In this document: positions 1 to 13,373 of the stretch, piece after piece
Layout of the letters: each line of letters begins with the position of its first letter
How positions within the stretch are numbered: the stretch's first letter is position 1
DNA from: Cyanophora paradoxa CCMP329
Lineage: Eukaryota; Plantae; Glaucophyta
NCBI GenBank assembly: GCA_004431415.1
Contig: QPMI01000165.1
Coordinates: 124,001-188,000, forward strand
DNA: 64,000 nucleotides
Direction of reading: 5' to 3'
Program-made: the position numbers and the translations under genes
Notes under the pieces: generated by a model
The model's input: only the letters and a program-made list of their open reading frames with translations
Databases searched by the model: none
Told to the model about the DNA's origin: nothing

Positions 1-3000
1 GCTGGAGGCGACGCTGGCGCGCATCGACTCGGCCGAGCGCCGCGCCCGCCTCCACTACGGCGCCCTCCTCTCCCGGTCCGCCCCGCCCGCCCCGTTCCGC
101 CCCGCCAGCTCCTAGATCTGGACTCGATTGGCTCTAGACCTGACCTGACCTCCGCTCGCTGCTCTTTCCGTCGCTCACGCTGCCCTCCGGCGCGGCCTCA
201 GCTACCCCCGCGTGCCCCGCATCCTGCGGGCCTACGCGCGCTTCCAGGCGGTTCGCTTCACCCCCACCCCCACCCCCCACCCACCCCCGCCCCTTGCTAC
301 CTGTACCCCCTTCCTAACGCCGGTACCCCCAGGAGGTGCTGAACGACGAGGCGACCGCCCAGAAGCTCTTCGAGCAGGCCGACGAGTGCGAGGCACGTAC
401 CCCCCCTCCCCCCGAAATCCCCCCCCCCCAATAAAGCCCTCCGCAGTTGTTGCTGCTTCTAAAGCCCTAACTAGCATAGAATAACAACAACAACATAGAC
501 TTCTCTAACACAAGATCCTCTTCCGCGCAGGACGAGCGGGAGCGGAAGGCGCACTACTTCGCGGGGGCCGTCCCGGACCCCCTCGCCGGCCTCCCCGTCC
601 CCGCCTACACCGCCCGCGCCGGCGCCGCCGGCGCCGTGGGGCCCGACGGGCAGCTGGAGCTCACGTGGAGCATGTTCGGCGTGCCGGGCGCCCCCGCCGA
701 CCCCGCCGTGCGGCCGCCCTCCACATCCGCTTCATATATCAGATAGATAGCTAAGCCAAGGGTCTTGCCCGTGGGGCAGGACTCGGCGTCGGGGGCGGCG
801 CGGACGTTCCGGGCGGCGGCCGCCTCCGTGGCCGCCGTCACGAACTTCATCTCCCGCGGCATCCGCCGGTGCGCTCGCCCGCCCTCCCGCCCGCCCGCCC
901 GTGCCCGGCCTCTCGAGGCTACGGTCTATCTACGAGAGGGACCGGAGAGGGCCCTGCGGACTGCTCGGCCGGCGCCCGTCTTCCCGCTGATCGAAACCGA
1001 CCGCCCGGACGCGCGCGCGCGCGCAGGGCGGTGGCGCCGGGGGGCGCGGGCGCGGGCTCCAGGTACGAGGAGGCGGGGCGGACGTCGCGCAACAGCTCCA
1101 TCGGCGACGTCGAGCTCGCCGCCCGGTGCGCCCCCCACCCCCTCCAGTCCCTGCGTGGGCATGAGCATGGGCGGGGACCTTTAGTTTCGAGCATTAGCAA
1201 CGCCGCTCGCGCCCTCCCCGCTCCCTCTCGCGATCGGCCCCATCTCTTCTCGCCCTCTTTGAGAGCCGCGCTGCTCTCGCGTCACCGCCTTGACGTTCGG
1301 GGCCCGGCAGGGGCCCGGGGGCCGATCGCGACCGGGGGGACGAGGCGGCCGCCCGCCTCGCCGCCACCATCCAGCGCCTCCAGGTCAGGGTACTCCATTT
1401 GATAAGCTTAGGGATTTGATCTGACTCGCGCGCGAGCAGGCGGGCCCCATACCCGGGGCGGCGCCGCCGCCGGGGCCGTCGGTGTCGAAGCGGAGGGCCG
1501 GCGGCGCCTCCTCGCTCCGCGTCTCCCTCAGCGAGCCTTCGGCCTCCGTCCACGCCCTCTCCCCCGCCGGCCCCCACGGCTCGGCCCCGACAGCCGCGGC
1601 CCGGGCCGAGGCGGAGGCGGAGGTGGTGGACCTGGAGGCGGCAGAGGCGCCCCGGGCGCCCCGGCCCCCGTCCCGCCAGGCCTGGGGCTGGGCCCTCGAG
1701 GTACCCCCCTTCGAAGGGCCCAAAGCCGACGCCGGCGCCGGCGCTTCGGCGGGCGCTGTTCGGCCCTTCTCCGACGACGGCGACGGCGACGGCGACGAGG
1801 GCGCGGGGGTACCCGCCCCTTCTTCCCCGAAGCGGCCGGAGGGCCCGCGGCGCCCGTCCCTCGTCCTCCCCGCCCCGGACGCGGAGCTACAGCTCTCCGA
1901 CGAGGAGCAGGAGGAGGGGGACGAGGAGGGGGAAGACGAGAAGAAAGGAAAGAAGGGGGAGGACGAGGGGGGGGGGGGGAGGAAGAGGCCCACGTGCTCA
2001 TGCGCATCGGGGGCCCCGAGTGCGCTCCGCCCGCGGCCTGCCGCCCATCTCGCTCCCCCTCACGCCTCCCGGGCAGGTTCTTCGATATGCACCCGGCGCC
2101 GGGGCCGGCGCCGGGTCCAGCGAGCGAAGGAGACGCGGAGGCGCCGGCCGCCGGTCCCTCCAGCGGCGGCGGCGGTGGCGGCAAGAAGCTTAAGGCGGCG
2201 GCCACCTCGAAGTGCGCCCCGCCCCGCCCGCCCCGCCCTTTGCCTCGTCCGAGCCGCGCCTGCGCGCAGGGAGGCGGAGGAGGCGGCGGGGGCGCCGGGC
2301 TCGTCGGCGCGGCGTCGCGGGTCGGCCGCGAGCGCCAACGACGACTTCGCGAAGGCGCGCGCGCCGGCCGCGATCCCACTCCTTAAAAAGATAGAAAGTA
2401 TCTTTAAGTCTACATCTAGATTGTAAATCTATATAGCTAGACGGTTATAATTAGACTCTTCATACAAGATATGAGACAGATCAGATCTTCTCTTAAGATG
2501 CAGATCTTGATCTAGACCTCGATCCCGGCCCGCCCCGCCTCGCCCCGCTCGGCGCTGAATCCCGGGGCGGCGGCAGGTGCGGCGGGCGTCGGCGGACGGC
2601 TCGGGCTCGAGCCTCGCCATCCTCGTCGACCTCGCCGCCCCGGGCCCCAGCCAGGTCCGCCCTCCCGTGATTATTACTCCTTGATTGCAAGCGTGGTCCG
2701 CTTCATCCACCGGCTCGCCCTTAAAGACTGCCCCTCCGCCGCCGGCGGCGCCGCGCTAGGGCCGCAGCTTGCCCACACCAGCTTCAGCTCAGGGCTCCTA
2801 GAAGTGTCTCTAGAATTTGCGTTGCGTCCGCCCGCTGACCGCGCTGGCCGGGCCTCGGCCCCGCTCAGGTCTCGGGCACCTTGTCGGCGCCCTCCTCGGG
2901 GGCCCTCCCCCGCGCCGCCCCGCCCCTACCCCTCCCCTCCCGCGTCGGCTCAGGCCCCACCAGCCCCTTCCGGGTACCCCCTCCCATCTTCCCCGCCCCC

Positions 3001-6000
3001 CCCGCCCTCTGAATCCCGTACCCCGCCTCGCTCGCTCGTCCAGTCCCACGCGGGCAGCGACGTGGAGGACGGCGAGCCGGCCCGCAAGCGCAACCTCAGG
3101 CGGTACCCCCCCCCCCCCATCCCCTCACCCACCTCCACTGTTTTCTAACGCCCCTCTCTCTCTTCTGCCTTCGCCCTGCAGGTGGGCGCGGGTGAAGCGG
3201 GCGGTGGGGCGGGCCCGCGGGGCCGGGGCGCACGGTCACGCCGCCTCCATCGCCCGCATGAAGTCCGCCCCGCCCCGCCCCGCCCCCGCAGCTCCGCTAA
3301 ACCTGAGCCTAAGCTGAGCCTGAAGCTAAGAGCTAAGCCAAGCTCAGCTAAGCAGCTAAGCTACCCCTGAAGCTCATCTGACCCCGCGCCGCCTCCCTCG
3401 GCGCAGGTGGGTGGTGGGCGGCGTCCTCTTCGCAGTGGCGGCCCTCGCCGTCGCCGCCTACGCCACCGTCGCCTCCCTCGTCGCCGCCTAGTCCGCCCCG
3501 CCCCGCCCCGGCCCCCAAACTAAAAGCCTTCCTAAAGGAAGCTTGCGATGATAAGAGGCTTCCTAAAAGCTTGAGAAGCTTGTGATTGGAGGCCTCCTAG
3601 AAGCTTAAGGAGCTTGGCGCCGCCCGCGCCGCGGTGGCGGGCGGGGCCCCTCTGACGCGGGCCGGCGGGGCAGCAACGAGCAGCTGGACCGGGTGGGCGA
3701 CTCGGGCTCCCGCCGCGCCTCCGCCGCCCTCCTCGCCCTCCACGCCCAGGCGCGCCCCCGGCCCGGCCCCTCCAGCCGAGCAGAGCAGAGCGGCCTTGAG
3801 CCCCGCGCGCGCAGTCGCTGGCGCTGGCGGGCTCGCAGGCGTGGGACCCCAGCGGCACCCTCGAGGCCGCGTGCGCTGCCGCCCCTCCCCCTCCTGCGCC
3901 AAACGAAGCTTAGCTTAGCAAAGCTGCGCCTCTCAGGGCGCGGGCGGGGCTGCTGGCGGCGGCGGAGGAGCTCGAGCAGCGCCACGTCGGCCTCTACCGC
4001 GCCGGCGCCCGCGTCCCCGAGGCAGGCCCCCGCCCCGCCCCCGCCCGCCCGCCTCGCCTCGCCCGCCCCGCGCGGTTCGGCCGGCCGCCTCCGCTGGGGT
4101 CCCACGCCCGCGGGCCGCCCGCCCGCCCCGAGGACCGCCGAGATCTAGAGGCCCCCCGCCCCGCCCCAAGGCCCGCCCCGAGGACCGAACCGTTCCGCCG
4201 CGCAGGACTCGGCGAATGCGATCCGGACGGAGCAGCTGGTCGACGAGGCCGGCACCCCGGGCCAGGTGACCCGATCCGCCGCACCCGATCCGATCTGATC
4301 TGATCTGATCTGATCTCAGGTGGCGATGCCGCTCTTCACGGCGGGCCTCGCGCTCGTCTCCGCCGCCCGCCGCTTCGCCGAGTCCCCCGCCGACATCGCC
4401 GCCGCCCGCGCCGCCTCCCGCCCCGTCGTCCGCTCGGCCTCCCGACCTCCCCCATCTGAACCTGACCTGTACCCCCCCAGGCGGACCTGTACTTTGTGGA
4501 GGAGAACGGGCCCCGCGTCCTCCACGACGCCTTTGGCGACGCTAGCTCCGCCCTCCAGGGCGGCGCCCAGGTGCGAGGGAGAAGGGGGAGAGGGGAGGCG
4601 GGGGACGTCCGCTAGGCTAGCTGTATACGGCGGGGGACGTCCGCTAGGCTAGCTGTATACGGCGCTAGCTCCGCCCTCCAGGGCGGCGCCCAGGTGCCCC
4701 GCACGAGGGAGAGAGAGGGGGAGGGAGGGGGAGGCGGCGCGCCGGCGCCCCATCCACTGGATGACCAAGACTCTGCTGCTGTATAGAAGCCTCGCTAAAG
4801 CACTGAGGTGAAGAATTCTGTATGACCAAGCCGCCAAGGAGACGGAGCCTCTCCAAACGCTGCCCTACACGGCGCTTGGCCTGCCCCGCCGCTTCAGATC
4901 CGGAGGGGCGCTGGCTGACGGGGGCGGCAGGCGCGGTTCGCGGCGGTGCGGGGCTTCCTCGTCGGCATGTTCGCCTCCGTCACCGCCCTCCTCCTCGTCC
5001 TCGCCGCCTGCTTCTTCCGGTCCGCCCGCCCCCCTCTCTCGAGCCTCCCCTCCGCTGAGGCTCTTTCGGGGCAGGCCGACCGTGGCGCGCGTGCGCCGCG
5101 AGAAGACGGCCGCCATCGGTGCGCGCCCGCGCCCCCGCGCACACGCGCCGACTGCTGAGCGTGGACGTCATCCGATGCTCGAACTAAAGCTGACCGTCGT
5201 CCAAATCCGCTGCGCGCCCCCTGACGCCCGGTACCTCCCCCAGAGCTCTTCCTGGGCATCCCGCGGGCCTCCGTGCGGCACCTCGCCAGGACCCGCCGCT
5301 CCGCCCTCGCCGGTGCCCCCCCGCCCGCCCTCCGCCCTTCGCCGGGGTCGGGCTGAGGCGGCTCAGCCGAAGACTCGGACGAGTCGGGGACGGAGGCCCC
5401 CACCACGGCCCGCGACGACCCCGAAGGTGCGCTTAGGGCCCAGCTTGAGCCAAGTTCTTCTGACCTCAGAGCTCGAGCGAGGGCGAGGCTCACGCTGCGA
5501 GCTCTGAACCGGGAGCCGGCCCCGGGGGCGCAGACCACGAAGCCGAGGACGGGATGTCGCTGCCGCCCCGCGCGGGGCCTTCTCAGGAGCAGGCGCCGGC
5601 GGCGGCGCAGGCGGCGGCGCGGCGGCTCTACCGAGTCACGAGCTCCATCCACCGCGTCACCAGCATCGGCTCCGTCCACAGCGTCTCCAGCGAGGTCCGT
5701 GCACCCCTAGGCCAGGCTGGGCCAGGCTGGGCTGGGTTCGGCCCGGTTCAGCGCCACCGATATCCACCGCGTGGCGCTCGAGGCCATCGATGCCTCGTCG
5801 CGCGCTGTGCACATGCGAGCGGCGCCCGTCGATTGAACCGCGCCCCCTCGTCCCCAGACGTTCCTCGCGGCGCTGGCGCCCCAGGCGCGGAAAAGCAGCG
5901 GCCCCTTGGCCCGCCTCGCCGCCGCCGCCTCCGCCTTCCGCGCCAAGCACAAGGTCCGCCCCGCCCGGCCCACGCACTTGAATTAGATCTGGGGTTCGGC

Positions 6001-8949
6001 GCCGCGCGCGCGCCGATCTCTTGCAATTGCCGCCCGGGTCCCGCCCGCCTGACCTCGCCGGGTCCGGGCCCCAGATCCAGCCGCCCGACTCCCTCACCGT
6101 CCAGTACGGATGTGCGCGCCTCCTCCCGGCCCGCGCGCACGCACGCGCAAGTCAAGCGGATCTAGAGGCCGAACGCCGTTCTCGCTGCGACCGTCAACGT
6201 CCCGCTCTAGATCTAAGAGATCGCGACCTCGCCCCCTCCCATCTGTCTGCCAGAAGCCGTCGAGCTGAACCTACAGCTACAGCTACAGCTTTCCTATCCG
6301 TCTGCCTCTAGCTGACGTCGCGGGGTGCAGCGGCCTTCTTCCTCCTCTTCTGCCTCTACCTCGTGTGGTTCGCCGTCGGCCTCGTCCTCACCGCCTCCTC
6401 CGGTGCCCGCCCCGCCCCCGCCCCCGCGCCCCCCCTCCCGCCCCGCGCCGTCATGGCGGGCCTCCGCTCCGCTCCGCTCGGGAGTTAGTTAGCCCTTCGC
6501 CCGCTCCCCCGCGCCTCCTCAGCGACCGCGGCGCCCCTGTAAGCACCGAAACACCCATCCCTCGCCGCCTCCTCCGGCCCCCCCAAAACTTTTCCTGCCC
6601 CCGAGGGGCAGTGCAGCCTCGGGTCGCGGGGGAGGGGGTAAACGTACGCGTTCTAGAAAGGTTTCGTCCCCCCTTGGCCAATAGGGGCGTCGTTCTTGCA
6701 CGATCGGCCAATAGGATTTCGAGGCCCCAAAGAATCCATCCCCCCCTATACCGCCGCAGAAGTGTGAAAAGTAGGACCTCGTGTCGTTACCCTCGCTCCG
6801 CTCGGGTCGACCCGAGGCTGACCTCTCTCGCCCCCAATTCCCCCCCCCTCCCCCTCCCCCTCCCCTCCTCCCCGCCCCCTTCTCTGATCGAGCCGGCGCC
6901 GCCGCGGTGCAGAGACGTTCATCGCGGAGCGGAACTACGTCGGGCTGCTCCGCAGCGCCCCCGTCCGCGTCCTCTTCCACGCCCGCGAGGTGCCCTTTTC
7001 CGCTTAGGCTTCCCTCGCTTGGCGCTTTCTTTCGTGCTTCCCGGCCCACGCCCGCGCCCGCGAGGGCCCCCCCTTTCTATGCTTTGTCACAAGAGACGCC
7101 TAGGAAGCATCCTTTGTCGCTTCGATCTCTTCCACGCCTCCTTCCAGACTTTAATTCCGCTCTTTTTCTTCCTCGTCTTCGCCCTCCGACCTGAACTAAC
7201 TCGCCGGCCGGCCCCGCCCACAGATGGCGGCGCACCCGTGGGACGCGGCGCGCCACCGCGCCTACCTCCAGGCCGCCCTCGAGCAGGCCCGCCCCCTTTC
7301 TGGCCACGAAGCTGAAGCTCGCACTTCTTCGAGGCGGCGGGCTTCAGCGCGGGCGGCGCTGACGGCGAATCCGGGCGCAGATGACGATGGCGCACGACGC
7401 GCTGCTCTTCGGGAACGCCACGCTCCGCCTCGCCGGCATCGTCACGCACCGCTACGAGCCCACCGACGCGTCCGCCCGCGCCCCGCCCCGGCCCCGCCCC
7501 GCCCCCTTCTCGGCGGCCTCAAATTTGGGTTCCTTGAGCGGGCGGGCGCCCAACTCCCGCGGCGCCCCTAGGCATTTAATTCACCGGCCTCTCAAATGCA
7601 ACCGCGAGGTCTAGACGGGCGATCGTCGACGCCGGCTCAGCTTGAGCCCGCTCGCGCTCGCGCGCGCAGGCTGCTGTTCGGGGCGGGGTGCTTCGCGGAG
7701 CCGGCGGTGCTGTGCGGGGCGGCGGGGACGAGCGTCTACCGCGAGGGCCTCGAGGCCCTCTTCCTCCGCTACGCCGCCGCCGCCGCCCGCCTCGCCAACG
7801 CCGCCCCCGTGCGCCGCGCCCCCGCCGGCACCCTGGCCTCCTCCCCGCTTGCCTTGGCTTTCTTTATCTTGGCTTCGCTACCTAAGTTCAAGTTCAAGCT
7901 TTAGCTTGGTCTGATAGTTTAGGTTCCGATTGGTCTGGGCGGTTATCGGACCCTAGGACCCCTTAAGCTTGCGCTCGGGCTTCGGAGCCCGGCCAGGCGG
8001 CTACATAAGCCGCTCAGCCTGGCCCCTTAAGCTTACTCATAGCGCTCCTTAAGCCAGGAGCCTAGCGTTCTGGGGCTTGGTCCCGGGCTCTGGCTCAGTC
8101 GGCTGCACGAGCCGCCTGGCACTGACCTCGCCTCCCCCCGGACCCGGCAGGGGAGCGTGGCGCCCGGGGACCGGGCCCTGGCGTTCCTGGAGGAGGCGAA
8201 CGGGGGCGCGCTGCAGCCGGGGCTCCTGCGCCTCGCGGCCCTCTTCGAGGGGGAGAGCCGGGGCCGCCTCGAGACGTTCACCTCCCTCATGGCCATCCTC
8301 TTCGCCGCCGTCGTCCTCCTCCTCGCCCTCGAGTGCGGCCCGGCCCCGAGCTCCTACCAGGCTAAATTAGATGGAATTGGAAAAGGGTACAGAAACCGTA
8401 TCACTAGTATAACGGGTATTACTCTTATGCGCGACCCCCGAGTAAATTCAATCGGGTATCGCTATGGAGGAACTAGTACTGGAATCACTCTTATGCGCGC
8501 GACCCCCTAATTTAATTTAAACTGACGCGGGCCGGGGCGGCGGGGGCGCAGGTACGCGCTGGTCTTCCGGCGCCTCATCGAGCGCCTCTCCGACGAGGCC
8601 CGCCGCACCGTGTTCATGTGCGCCTGGCGGGGAGAGGAGGCTAGGCCTGGGGGGGTAGATGCGGCGAGCTCGGGTCCGGTCTGGGTCGCCGGGGGCTGCC
8701 GCGCGCGGCCCCGAGGGCCCGGCTCCACGCTCTTTCTTTCGGCTCACGAAGCCCCCGCCGGCAGGTTCCTGATGCTGCCGGCGGAGGTCATCGAGGCCTC
8801 CGAGGTCCGCCTTCTCTCTCTCTCTCTTCCAAATCTCCGCCGGGCTGGGCCGCGCGCGCCCCTGACGCGGGCCCCCCGCTGCGCCCCCGACCCCGCAGAG
8901 CATCAAGGCGCACCTGGCGGGGCTCGCGAGCACCGCCGCCGCCGAGTAG
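1..8949 (+). CDS. TmcB/TmcC-like (tiny macrocysts family) large multi-pass membrane protein; multi-exon, 5' end outside window
   Basis: Spliced exons read LEATLARIDSAERRARLHYGALLS/YPRVPRILRAYARFQA/EVLNDEATAQKLFEQAD (family motif YP..ILRAYARF..V.ND). Several hydrophobic exons (3407, 4950, 6331, 8290). C-terminus YALVFRRLIERLSDEARRTVFM/FLMLPAEVIEASE/SIKAHL...TAG at 8947-8949. Confidence 0.62.
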
Positions 8950-10648
8950 GCCCCGCCCCGGGCGCCGTCCCGCCCCGGCCCCGGCCCGCGTGCCCGAATG
9001 TGCATATACACTTTAATTTCTACACTTTCTTCACATCGGGGGGCGAGAGGGATGCACGAGATACAGCGGGGTACCGGGCGGTGGTAGGAGGGTACCTGGG
9101 CGGGGCGGGGCGGCGGGACTGGTGAAGCTGCGGTGTAGGGCGAGCTTGCCGCGCTTCGAATGATCAGGGTTAACAGTCCTTACGGCGGGTATGCGCGACG
9201 ATCATATGATCAGGGCCGCGAATCTCGGAATGATCGCGCGTCGAACGATCACGCTCTCCTCGGAACGCATTAATATTAGGTAACAGATACCATTGAATTT
9301 TCCTTTCTCGAGCTAAGGATCTCTAGATCTAGATATGATCGATCATCGGATATCGATCGAATCTTGGGGCTCGATTTTCCCGGGTCCTTTCTGTCGTGAG
9401 GGCCGCCGGGCTCGCTGCATGCGCACCAGCGACGTTAATTATTTAACTGACATCAATTAATGTCCATCTCTTTATCATCTTTAGATCACCTCCTGCACGC
9501 ACATAGGATCAGGATCATATATATATACATACGTGCACGTGTAAACGTAAATTCTAGCGGATGCACGACAATGCGCATGCATGCGCAAATGTTAGTGTCA
9601 GCAACTCGAGATACCGATTGTCGACGTCATTCACGGCAGCTGCAACTGCTGTATTTATACGTGTTTAAATTCCAGCTAGTATTAGCTGTAGTGCGCGGGC
9701 TGCAATTCTGTTAACCTGGCGGCAAAAATAGGCAGTCGAGCGAGAGCGAGTCGGAAGTAGAGGGCCCGGGGGGGAACGAGACGCGTACGGCAGAGGACCC
9801 ATTTCCCGGGCCGAAAGGGGGTATGCGCAGCCGGGGGTGGTGGTGGCGGTGGCGGTGGTGGTGGTGGTGTACGCCGGCCTCGCTGCGGTTCAATAGACGT
9901 AACCCCGCCCGCCCTCGGAGTCTCCGCTCGGCCTATTCAGTGGTGGGCGGGTACTAGCGGGGCGCGAGTGGGGCGAGGGGGGTACACGCAAAGTGACCCG
10001 TACGACGGGACACCGATTAATCGGGGTCCTGGGGCGCAGGTGAGGAGGAGGGAGGAGACGGAGTGAGGAGGAGGCGGGGTGGCGGAGTGGCGGCAAGGGA
10101 GGGCGGAGGACTGCGAGACATTTCACTTCCAGGGCTCATGAAGGATGGCGGAGTTGATCAAAGGGTGGGTGCGCGGGTCTGGTTACGGCTATCACCGAAA
10201 ACCATGGCTCCCCCACTCAGGCGAACCTCCCATATTGAGCGACCCATGGCCGGCACCTAGCTAGCACCTTCGGCTAGATAGATGACCGGTCGGAAGGGCA
10301 CGTCACGAAGAACATTCAATGATTGATACATGTGCCGTGGTGTATCAATGCGACGTCCACTTTTGCAAAAAAAAAGCAAAGTGACCCTTACGCGTCTGGG
10401 AGGGCAGAAGAGCCTGTCAGCATACTCTGCGCATGATCCTTTTTCTTCTTTTTCATGGATTTCCATCTTCTCTCGCTTCTCTTCATTTGCTTCCAATAAT
10501 CGGTATCCCCTCTACCCAAAAGCTTCCCCCCCCGCCCCCCCCCCCCCTCCCCCCCCGGACCCCTGCAGGGGCAGCTGCAGGCATGCAATTGCAGTTGCAT
10601 GTGGAGCCCGGCAGGCAAGGCAAGGCCCCGTCGCCGGACGATCGCCGG

Positions 10649-11791
10649 TCATGATCCAGATGCATATGCGGCGCCTGCAGCTGCGAAGGTCGCGGCGGGG
10701 AGGGCGGGGCCGGGGCCGGGGGGGCCGGGGCGGGCGGGGAGGGCGGCGAGGGCCTCGATCTCGACGAGGTAGTCGGGGTGGCCGAGCCCCTGCACCACCA
10801 CCAGCGTGTTCGCTGCCCCCGCGCGCGCCCTCCCCTCAGCGATATCGATCGCGACCTGGATCTGAATTGGGTCTAAATTGGGTCCGCGGGCTCGCCTGGG
10901 AAGGGGTTGGGGTCGCCGTTGGCGGCCCGCACGCGCCCGAAGAGGCCGTCCCGCACGGCCCCCACCGGCGTCCGCCACGCCCTGCGCGCCGCGTGGGCCC
11001 CCACCGGCCGCGCAGGCCGCGCCGCGCCGGCCTCGCATCTCACCAGTGGGTGATGTAGGTGCGGGTCATGAACACGTCCGCGAGGGTCGCCCCGTAGTGC
11101 CCCAGCACCCGCTCGATGTTCTGCGAGGAGGGTCGACGTTTGAGCAGACCGGCGCAGAACTGACTCTTGGAACATTCCTGACGGCGAGATCTATTCTAGA
11201 TGAAGATCTAGATTGATATCTAGATCTCGAGCCTCCGAGGCATGGAGAGCACTGCTCGGGGCCGCACGCGCACCCGGAAGCACTGCTCGGCCTGGAGAGC
11301 GGCGTCGCCCCTCCCGACGAGCTCGCCGCCTTCGTCGCACCCGACCTGCGCCCGGCCGCGCCCCGCGTTCGAATTCATGGCGCGCAGTGGGGGGCGGGGC
11401 GGGAGGGGGATGGGGGGGGGGGGAGGGGGGGGGGGCGGGTTGAGGGGAGCGCGGGCCTGGCCGGAGAGGTACAGCGTGTTGCCGTGCCGCGCTCTGCTCG
11501 AGCCGTCAGCGCACACATGCGCGCACGCCGCGCGGCTGCAGCTGCGTACACGTGGGAAAAGTTCGCCTGGGGCTTGTGGACGCCCGGAGGGTGGAAGACG
11601 CGCTCGATGTCGCCGCGGATCGGGTACTGGGATTGAACTGCGGCCGCGGCGGCCGAGGACGATGCCGCGGCCCCGGGCGCCGGCGCGGTCTCCGGATGCA
11701 TATGTCGATCCGCGGCGCTTAGTAGCGACGCGACGGCGCCCGCGAGCGTATGCTGCCGCTCCTGCGCGTACTCCTCGAGCCGAGCGTACAC
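10649..11791 (-). CDS. RidA/YjgF/UK114 family protein, multi-exon; start uncertain
   Basis: Exons read HPPGVHKPQANFSH, GNTLYLSGQ, GELVGRGDAALQAEQCF, NIERVLGHYGATLADVFMTRTYIT, TLVVVQGLGHPDYLVEIEALA. Confidence 0.8.
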
Positions 11792-12116
11792 GTCTGCGCG
11801 TGCGCGTGCGTCCGGTCAGTGCGAAGCGCGCAACGAGTCGCGGCCCTTCGCGGACCGGCTGGGAGCTCGACGGTTCTTGCCTCCATTCAAGACGTAGCTC
11901 AGTCGGCCGCAGCTCCGGCCTGATAAGAAGCTGAAGCCTCAGAAGCCTCGTCTGAAGCCAACCTTGGCGGGTACAGCACACTCGAACACGCGGAGCGATT
12001 CGTGAGCTCGCAGCCCAGACCCATTCCAGGCAGAGAATTGCCTTACGAGCGCTGTACTGAAGCTCTCCAGCGCCGCCTGAACGCAGCAGCCTCCGAAAAG
12101 TTCATCCTAGCGGGCG

Positions 12117-13147
12117 ATGATGGAGGCTGACCAGCCGGCGGCCGCCCAAGGCGGAGCAACCGAGCCAGCGCTTCCAAGAGCACCACAACCGTCGGCATCA
12201 GACCCCAGTACGGCGACAGCCGCTCACGCGCCAGCTCCGCCAAGCCCGGGCCGTCAGCACGCATCACCTGCAGCAGCGGGGCCCTCGAGCTCCAATCCAT
12301 ACCCTTCAGATCCATCAGCGAGCACGAGCAAAGCGGAGACTCGCACCGCGGGGCAGGCGGTGAGCCGATGCCGCACGCGCTGGCACCGGAAGTTTCAGCG
12401 CGCGAATTTAGTTCCTCGCTGCAAGGAATTGCGCTCACAAATGAGCTTCTTGCGCTCTTGGCTGAGGTGCTCTTCGCCGCGCAGGCCGTTCTGCCTCCGG
12501 CAATGCCTGCCGCGTACGGCTTCCCTCAGCAGTTCCCGGGGCTCCCAGGCCCGTACGCCGCCACGCCGGCGTACGCCGTTCAAGGCCTGCCCCCGGGGTA
12601 CCCCCCGCCCTACCCCTATGCGGCATACCCTCCGGGGTACGGCCCCGCTCCTGGGGCGGGCTACTCGGGCCCCGTCATGGGCGTGCCAGTCATGGCCACG
12701 CCCGCGCCCCACACGCAGTACATGGTGCGTCGTACCCTCCCGAATTCCAAGTGCTCCCGTCGAGGGCGCCGAGCCGCCGGGCAGGGTTCAATGTCCCACG
12801 GCGTCGATCAGCGGGGTCCCCTCGACTGCTGTGCCCTCTCCATATTCATCCTGGGATTCATCTTTCCCATCGTCTGGTGGTACCCGCCTCTCACGCTGTA
12901 CCCCCCTCCCTCCGCCCCCCTCCCGACGCGACCGTTCCCCCAGCGGCGGGTTCGCGTTCATCCGTTCCCCCGTCAAGACGACCCGCGTCCTCGGCCTCAT
13001 CAGGTGAGCGAGCGAGCGATCCCCCGCGTTCCCGGCCCCGGCCCCGTACCCCCCAGCGACCGGGCCGGCCGCAGCGTGACGTTCTTGGGCCTGTACGCGA
13101 TTGTGCTTTTCGTCCTCATCGGAGTGGCGAACAGCCGGGACAGGTAG
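12117..13147 (+). CDS. Pro/Tyr/Gly-rich protein with C-terminal transmembrane segments, multi-exon
   Basis: In-frame phase-0 GT-AG intron at 12360-12484; PPGYPPPYPY tract; hydrophobic ALSIFILGFIFPIVW and VTFLGLYAIVLFVLIGV. Confidence 0.6.
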
Positions 13148-13373
13148 CCAGCCGGCTTCAGCGCCCCTGGGCATGCCCAGGCCCCCACGGCCGCCACGAC
13201 TCTCTGCCAAGTCCTCCGCCCCGCCTCTCCTCCGCCCCGAACCATCCCTTCCCCTCGCCCCGTCAACACTACGCCTTGTACATGTGATATTGCGAACCAG
13301 TAAAAAACCTATGAAGCACAGGGGGCCCGGGGGGCCCTCGGCTTTATGTAGCTGCAGGAGACTCCGAGGCTCC

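Noticed and set aside
9150-10600. Gene or transposon in the AT-richer, palindrome-rich intergenic stretch
   Set aside because: No recognisable domain, terminal repeats or RNA gene structure.
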